A DNA stretch of 62,720 nucleotides, the filler included. It is 4 parts of 4 records of this genome, joined end to end, with 100 filler letters (N's around TTAATTAATTAA, not from the genome) between each part and the next. Parts side by side here need not be neighbours in the genome. Positions count along the whole stretch, not along the records: positions 47,474 to 62,720 come from DRR378314_2317; 3 more parts are not named here. One strand, given 5' to 3'. A program made the position numbers and the translations under genes. Of this stretch, positions 57,094 through 62,720 are shown piece by piece (position 1 is the stretch's first letter; each line of letters opens with the position of its first letter). The notes below the pieces were generated by a model. That model was given only the letters and a program-made list of their open reading frames with translations. It ran no database searches and had not been told where the DNA came from.

Positions 57094-59909
57094 GAGGCGG
57101 CCCGTTCTGCGCCTTCGGTGATGGCCGTGCGAAGCTTGGTTTCCAGACTACGCTGTTTGGCCTCAGAGTGGTATTTCAGGCCGAACATGTCCTTGACGTA
57201 GAACGTATCGACCACTTGTTCGCCATAGGTCGCGATCACCGCATTCGCGATGTAGACATTGGCCGCTGCCATCGTGCGCGCCAGATCATAGAGTAGCCCG
57301 GGCCTGTCACGCGTATCGACCTCGATGATCGTATAGATTTCCGAGCCCTCGTTGTCGAAACTAACATGGGTCGGCACGTTAAAGGCGCGTTCGCGCTTCT
57401 TGATCTTGTCGCGCGATTTCAAGGCATCGCGTGCGACCACTTCGCCCTTAAGTGTCTTGTGGATCATCTGGGTTAGCCGTGGCAGGCGAGAGGCCTCGAA
57501 CGGATGGCCATCGGCATCTTGTACCCAGAATGCATCGGTTACATAGCCGTCTTTCGTCGTATAGCTGCGTGCGTCCACCACATTGGCCCCGACAAGGGCC
57601 AGTGCGCCCGCGATACGCGCGAAGATCCCGGGATGATCGCCCATGGCAAAACAGGCACGGGTTGCATCACGATCCTCATCCGGTTGCAGGCGGATTTCGA
57701 CAGCCCCTGGGTCACCACTGTCTTCGAGGGATCGCAGCATCTCTGCAAACTCGACATGGGTCGAAAGGTTCAGACCTTGCCAATAGGGATCGTAATGTCG
57801 CCCGGTCTCGGTTTTTAGGTCAGATTTGGACCAGCTTTCCAGCTCGGCACGCAACCGTTTTTTCGCCTCAGCTCCGCGGTTGGCCCGATTAAGGACTTCC
57901 ATACCGGATTCCAACGCGTGCTTGGTATCTGCGTGCAGCGCGCGCAGCAATGTGGCCTTCCAGTTGTTCCAGGTTGTTGGCCCGACACCGCGAATGTCAC
58001 AGACTGTTAGCACAGTCAGCAAATCCAAACGTTTGACAGTTTCAACCGCTTTGGCGAAATCTCGGATGGTGCGCGGGTCTGAGATATCGCGCTTCTGCGC
58101 CATATCGGACATTAGCAGGTGATAGCGAACCAGCCATTCCACGGTTTCCGAGTCCGCCTTGGTCAGCCCCAATCGTGGCGCCACCTTGCGCGCGATCTGC
58201 GCACCGAGAATGGAATGGTCTTCCGGGCGGCCTTTGCCGATGTCGTGCAGCAACAAAGCCACATACAGAACCTTGCGATCAACGCCCCTTTCCAGAATGG
58301 ATGACGCTAGCGGGAGTTCTTCGATCAACTCTCCGCGCTCGATCTGGGCCAGATTGACGATGCACTGGATCGTGTGCTCGTCCACCGTATAGCTGTGATA
58401 CATATTGAACTGCATCATCGCCACGATGTGCTCGAATTCGGGCAGAAAGGCTGAAAGAACGCCCAGTTCGTTCATCCTGCGCAGGGCGCGTTCGGGGTTG
58501 CCGTGTTTCAGCATCAGATCAAGAAAGATACGCCGTGCCTCTTTATCATTGCGCATCTCATCGTCGATGAGGTTCAGGTTGGCCGTCACCAATCGCATGG
58601 CATCCGGGTGGATCAGCATACCTGTGCGAAGGCCTTCCTCAAACAGTCGAAGCAAATTGACTTTGTCTGACAGGAACTTGTCCGGGTCCGCGATATCCAG
58701 ACGGCCATGGACAACCCTGTACCCGGCCTTGATCCGACGGCGACGACGAAAAATGCGTTCCAGCAGTGGCGCGCCCTTCATATGAGACGCCTCCAGCTTG
58801 GTCAGGAAGATGCGGGTCAATTCGCCCACGCGTGTCGCCTCGCGGAAATAGCGCTGCATGAACACTTCGACAGCGCGTCGACCCGCGCGGTCTTCATATC
58901 CCATGCGATCAGCCACCTCGACCTGTAGATCGAAGGTCAGCTGTTCGGTTGCGCGCCCGGTCACCAAATGCAGATGCGACCGGACAGCCCAAAGGAATTC
59001 TTCGGCCTGAACGAACTCTCCAAACTCTTCGGGGGTGAACAGGCCCATTGGGACCAGTTCAGCGACATCCTGAACGCCATAGATGTACTTGGCGATCCAG
59101 TAGAGCGATTGCAGATCGCGCAAGCCGCCTTTGCCCTCTTTGACATTTGGCTCGACTTTATAGCGTTCGCCTTGTTTCAGATGCCGCTCTTCGCGCTCCT
59201 TCAACTTGGCTTCGATGAACTCCCGCTCTGTGCCTTTGAACAGTTCACTTTTCAGGCGCGTCTCAAGTTCTTGTGCAAGCTCCTGATCCCCAACAAGGAA
59301 GCGCTGTTCCAGCATGGCGGTGCGGATGGTGAAATCATCAGCCCCCAGCCGCAGGCAATCCTTGATCGTACGCGAAGAATGGCCAACCTTCAGCCGCAGA
59401 TCCCACAGCATGTAGAGCATTGATTCGATCACGCTCTCGGCCCAGGCTGTAATCTTGTAAGGCGTAAGAAACAGCAGATCCACGTCCGAAGCTGGGGCCA
59501 TCTCGCCCCGGCCATAACCGCCCACTGCCAGCACAGCGATCTTTTCGCCTCGGGTGGGGTTCGCCAGTGGATGCAAATGTTCGTTGGCGACGCGCATCAC
59601 GGTGCTGACCATTTGGTCGGTCAGATAGGTGTAAGAGTGTGCCAGCGGACGTGCATCGAAGGGACGCAGGGCAAAGGCGTCAGCAATCGCCTTGCGACCC
59701 GTCTTTTGCGCGTCACGCAGGATGCTTACTGTTTCAGCGCGCAACGCGGCGTTGTCCGAACTGTTTTCAACAGCGGTGGACAATCTGGTATTGACGTTGG
59801 CGCTGTCGAAAATCTCATCAGCCGGACAGATCAGGTTAACATCAGGCGCAGTGACCTGTGCCAGTTGCTCAGAATCCGGCGCCAGAGAAGCTTTGTGGGG
59901 CAGGGTCAA
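57090..59909 (-). CDS. glnD: PII uridylyltransferase/uridylyl-removing enzyme
   Basis: AVGGYGRGEMAPASDVDLL, EPNVKEGKGGLRDL, YHSYTVDEH, LLHDIGKG, two ACT domains; exact start uncertain. Confidence 0.97.
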   Translation of the reverse strand: MTLPHKASLAPDSEQLAQVTAPDVNLICPADEIFDSANVNTRLSTAVENSSDNAALRAETVSILRDAQKTGRKAIADAFALRPFDARPLAHSYTYLTDQMVSTVMRVANEHLHPLANPTRGEKIAVLAVGGYGRGEMAPASDVDLLFLTPYKITAWAESVIESMLYMLWDLRLKVGHSSRTIKDCLRLGADDFTIRTAMLEQRFLVGDQELAQELETRLKSELFKGTEREFIEAKLKEREERHLKQGERYKVEPNVKEGKGGLRDLQSLYWIAKYIYGVQDVAELVPMGLFTPEEFGEFVQAEEFLWAVRSHLHLVTGRATEQLTFDLQVEVADRMGYEDRAGRRAVEVFMQRYFREATRVGELTRIFLTKLEASHMKGAPLLERIFRRRRRIKAGYRVVHGRLDIADPDKFLSDKVNLLRLFEEGLRTGMLIHPDAMRLVTANLNLIDDEMRNDKEARRIFLDLMLKHGNPERALRRMNELGVLSAFLPEFEHIVAMMQFNMYHSYTVDEHTIQCIVNLAQIERGELIEELPLASSILERGVDRKVLYVALLLHDIGKGRPEDHSILGAQIARKVAPRLGLTKADSETVEWLVRYHLLMSDMAQKRDISDPRTIRDFAKAVETVKRLDLLTVLTVCDIRGVGPTTWNNWKATLLRALHADTKHALESGMEVLNRANRGAEAKKRLRAELESWSKSDLKTETGRHYDPYWQGLNLSTHVEFAEMLRSLEDSGDPGAVEIRLQPDEDRDATRACFAMGDHPGIFARIAGALALVGANVVDARSYTTKDGYVTDAFWVQDADGHPFEASRLPRLTQMIHKTLKGEVVARDALKSRDKIKKRERAFNVPTHVSFDNEGSEIYTIIEVDTRDRPGLLYDLARTMAAANVYIANAVIATYGEQVVDTFYVKDMFGLKYHSEAKQRSLETKLRTAITEGAERAAS

Positions 59910-61041
59910 TCACAACCACCTGTTTGTTCTGGATCGTGGCAACAGCCAGACCGCGTTCGTTCGTACCGTTTGGCCGCAGGCGGAAGATACCACCGACACC
60001 CTGAAATCCGGCGTTTTGGGTCAGAGCTGCGCCGGTCAGCGCATCAGACTTACCCTGGCTGACCAGGGCCCCGATGGCTGCGATTCCATCGTAGGCCAGC
60101 CCACTGATCGGGTGCGGTGCCTCGCCGTAGGTATTGTTGTACCGCTGACGATAGGCCTGAGCTTTTGCTGGATCAGGCATCGCAAACCATCCACCCTGAA
60201 CGCCCGGAAGTTCCAGGGTTTGTGCCGGAATGTCCCAACGAGTCAGTCCCATATACTGTGTTGTGGCAGGTGATACGCCCGCTTCGGGCAGCAACTGGCT
60301 GTAAAGAGGTAGCGCGCCTGCCGTAGTCGCGGTCAGGAAAATCGAATCTGCGCCGGTCGAATCAACGGTCGCTTTGATGGTTGGAACCGAATCGATCACA
60401 CCTTGCTGAGACCTATCATACCCGACAGTACCTGCATTATTGACGCGGCTATTGCTGAGCGCGGTGGCGATTGCGGACTGGCCGAGCTGTCCTGCAGAGT
60501 CATTGCTGTGCACGATAACTGTACCATTTTTGCCCTGCCTCCCGGCATAGTTGACCAGTCGGTCTGCGGTATTTTGGAACGTGGGGCCAAGCACATAGAC
60601 ATTACCGCCCGCGATGCTTGTGTTGTTCGAGAAGGACAGCACGTTGACATTGTTGTTCAGAACGGAAAGGCCCGCCGCGTTTGCGGCCTGGGCGTAAACC
60701 GGCCCAAGGATGATCTTTGCCCCGTCTGCAACTGCTTGTTGTGCAACCGCAGAGGCCGTTCCAGCATTGCCTGCTGTGTCGTAGACGCGCAGATCAATCT
60801 TGACGTTCGGCAAATCAGCGATGGCCAAGCGCGCGGCGTTTTCAAGGCTTCGGGCCAGCGCCGCGTCTCCAGATTGCGATGATCCGCTGGGCACCAGCAA
60901 GGCCACCGGTACCGGGTCAGAGGTATCAATCGAAGGGCCTCCGCCGATACCGCCAACCTCACAGGCGGCCAGAAAAGCGGCCGTAGCCAGAACAATGGCG
61001 GATTTCGCCAATTTGCGTGCGGGCTTGCAAACGGTAAACAT
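59869..61041 (-). CDS. LpoA/LppC-like lipoprotein (penicillin-binding protein activator family)
   Basis: Lipobox LAAC, VALLVP, IILGP, LAYDG, FQGVGGIFRL...ERGLAV; divergent from rsmI. Confidence 0.85.
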   Translation of the reverse strand: MFTVCKPARKLAKSAIVLATAAFLAACEVGGIGGGPSIDTSDPVPVALLVPSGSSQSGDAALARSLENAARLAIADLPNVKIDLRVYDTAGNAGTASAVAQQAVADGAKIILGPVYAQAANAAGLSVLNNNVNVLSFSNNTSIAGGNVYVLGPTFQNTADRLVNYAGRQGKNGTVIVHSNDSAGQLGQSAIATALSNSRVNNAGTVGYDRSQQGVIDSVPTIKATVDSTGADSIFLTATTAGALPLYSQLLPEAGVSPATTQYMGLTRWDIPAQTLELPGVQGGWFAMPDPAKAQAYRQRYNNTYGEAPHPISGLAYDGIAAIGALVSQGKSDALTGAALTQNAGFQGVGGIFRLRPNGTNERGLAVATIQNKQVVVIDPAPQSFSGAGF

Positions 61042-61128
61042 CTAAAAGAAAACTCCCTGATCCGGCGTCTGAGGGCACCTTGGTCTATCGATCCGCGATA
61101 ATAAACGTCACGCTGTGAGGGTCCAGCT

Positions 61129-61986
61129 TTGAATTTCCAAAAGATCAGATTGGCCCCGGGGCTGTACTTTGTTGCCACTCCAATCGGTACCGCGCGCGAC
61201 ATTACGCTCAGGGCGTTGGATGTGTTGGCCTCGGCCGAGATGATCGCTGCCGAAGACACCCGCAGCCTGCGCCGGTTGATGGAAATCCACGGCGTGCCGC
61301 TCGAAGGGCGCCGCATATTGGCCTATCATGATCACAGCGGGGCAGGCGCACGTGGCAAAATTCTGGAGGCGCTTGAGCAGGGACAGTCGGTTGCTTATGC
61401 GTCCGAGGCTGGAATGCCCCTGATCGCGGATCCCGGTTATGATCTCGGGCGTCAGGCGGCTGAGGCCGGATACTCGGTGACTTGTGCACCCGGACCTTCC
61501 GCTGTTCTGACCGCGCTGACGCTGGCCGGGCTGCCAACCGATGCGTTCTTCTTTGCCGGATTCCTGCCCAATGCTTCTGGTGCGCGGCGTACGCGAATCG
61601 AGGCGCTGCGCAATGTCCCAGGAACACTTGTATTCTACGAATCGCCGAAACGAGTGGCCAGTTGCCTTGCCGATCTCGCGGATGTTCTTGGTGGTGACAG
61701 GCAGGCGGCGCTGTGCCGTGAACTGACCAAGAAATTCGAAGAAACCCGGCGCGGAACGCTCGCCGAACTGGCCGCCGCGTATCTGGGTGCAACGGTCAAG
61801 GGCGAAGTTGTCTTGCTTGTGGATCGCGCCCATTCGCAAACTGTTAAGGAGTCCGACGTAGAAGAGGCTTTGAAAAGGGCCTTGGAAACGCATTCGGTAC
61901 GCGATGCAGCAGATTTGGTGTCAGAGATGTTCAGCCTGCCGCGTCGCCCGATCTATCAGAAGGCCTTGAAGCTGGGAAAGGGATGA
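61129..61986 (+). CDS. rsmI: 16S rRNA C1402 2'-O-methyltransferase
   Basis: LYFVATPIG, AAEDTR, SEAGMPLIADPG, FYESPKR, CRELTKKFEE. Confidence 0.97.
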   Translation: MNFQKIRLAPGLYFVATPIGTARDITLRALDVLASAEMIAAEDTRSLRRLMEIHGVPLEGRRILAYHDHSGAGARGKILEALEQGQSVAYASEAGMPLIADPGYDLGRQAAEAGYSVTCAPGPSAVLTALTLAGLPTDAFFFAGFLPNASGARRTRIEALRNVPGTLVFYESPKRVASCLADLADVLGGDRQAALCRELTKKFEETRRGTLAELAAAYLGATVKGEVVLLVDRAHSQTVKESDVEEALKRALETHSVRDAADLVSEMFSLPRRPIYQKALKLGKG

Positions 61987-61987
61987 C

Positions 61988-62359
61988 ATGGCGCAGCGAT
62001 CTGTTCGGGGTTCGGTATCCTATCACGCCGGACATTCGGCAGAGCTTTGCGTGGCTTCTGAATACGAGCGTCGGGGATACTCAATCGCGCAGCGCAGATG
62101 GCGCGGCGCAGGTGGTGAGGTTGATCTGATCGCACGCAATGCGGATGGGTTAGTCTTCGTTGAGGTAAAGAAAAGCCGAAGTTTTGAAGGTGCTGCAGCT
62201 CGGATCAGCCGCCGACAAATGGATCGAATTTGTGCCTCTGCCGCCCAGTATCTCGAACAGGAACCCGGCGGGCAGTTGACGAATGTCCGCTTTGATGCGG
62301 CTCTGGTTGATGACACCGGAACGGTTCAAATCATCGAAAACGCCTTTGGTTTGGACTGA
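61988..62359 (+). CDS. YraN/UPF0102 family protein
   Basis: GEVDLIA, VFVEVK, RFDAALV, IIENAF; follows rsmI. Confidence 0.92.
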   Translation: MAQRSVRGSVSYHAGHSAELCVASEYERRGYSIAQRRWRGAGGEVDLIARNADGLVFVEVKKSRSFEGAAARISRRQMDRICASAAQYLEQEPGGQLTNVRFDAALVDDTGTVQIIENAFGLD

Positions 62360-62420
62360 TCGCCATTGAACCCATCCGGTCTCTGCGCCATGTATCAGGC
62401 GTGGAATTGAGGGATACACC

Positions 62421-62720
62421 ATGAAGATCGCCTTTCAGATGGACCCGATTGGGGCCGTGGATATCAATGCCGACAGCTCGTTCCGTCTGGCGGAAGAAGC
62501 ACAGGCACGCGGCCATCAGCTTTTCTTCTATGGCCCGGATCAACTGGCCTATCAGGAAGGCAGGATCACGGCGCGCGGGCACGATATGACAGTGCAGCGG
62601 GTCGCAGGCGATCCGGCTGTACTGGGCCCCGAACGCGACGTGGATCTGGCTGATTTCGATGTGATCTGGCTGCGGCAGGACCCGCCGTTTGATATGCATT
62701 ACATCACCTCGACCCATCTG
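62421..62720 (+). CDS. gshB: Glutathione synthetase, 3' partial
   Basis: Manual translation MKIAFQMDPI...DSSFRLAEEAQARGH...WLRQDPPFDMHYITSTHL; runs off the window, so it is absent from the track. Confidence 0.95.
   Translation, partial: MKIAFQMDPIGAVDINADSSFRLAEEAQARGHQLFFYGPDQLAYQEGRITARGHDMTVQRVAGDPAVLGPERDVDLADFDVIWLRQDPPFDMHYITSTHL

Noticed and set aside
61988-62359. YraN nuclease-fold gene as a defence or mobile element
   Set aside because: Its position in the lpoA-rsmI-yraN-gshB neighbourhood is conserved housekeeping synteny.
1-62720. tRNA, rRNA, CRISPR arrays, transposases, integrases or phage genes
   Set aside because: None recognised by eye; a tRNAscan/Infernal run would be needed to exclude small RNAs.

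Overview
This window is four unrelated contigs joined by 100-nt spacers (44 N + TTAATTAATTAA + 44 N) at 24438-24537, 40291-40390 and 47374-47473. Contigs 1 (1-24437) and 2 (24538-40290) come from a GC-rich, intron-rich microbial eukaryote, so the ORF track fragments or misses most of their genes. I rebuilt them from GT-AG junctions with matching phases. They encode a coiled-coil protein running off the left edge, an unknown multipass membrane protein, a membrane-anchored protein with a half-degenerate RING, a ~1,540-aa secreted coiled-coil protein, proteasome lid subunit RPN9/PSMD13, a plant-type sacsin with a C-terminal RING, an NDUFA9-family SDR and a B3-like DNA-binding fragment. Contig 3 (40391-47373) is gammaproteobacterial (Halomonas-like by inference) and carries deoA'-deoB-deoD-cdd plus a thuA-thuB-like-SBP-lacI sugar locus with a doubled palindromic operator. 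Contig 4 (47474-62720) is Roseobacter-type core genome (BMP, rimI, tsaB, NifU family, DsbA-like, usp, BCAT, lrp/ldh, trpS, rhomboid, murJ, glnD, LpoA-like, rsmI, YraN, gshB'). The best candidate for something undescribed is the giant secreted protein at 12014-18988. It has a signal peptide, a two-lobed N-terminus resembling trichocyst/mucocyst matrix precursors, a long 36-residue-repeat stalk with Cys-closed Ser loops, and a pacifastin-like knot. All family assignments come from motif recognition by eye; no searches were run.
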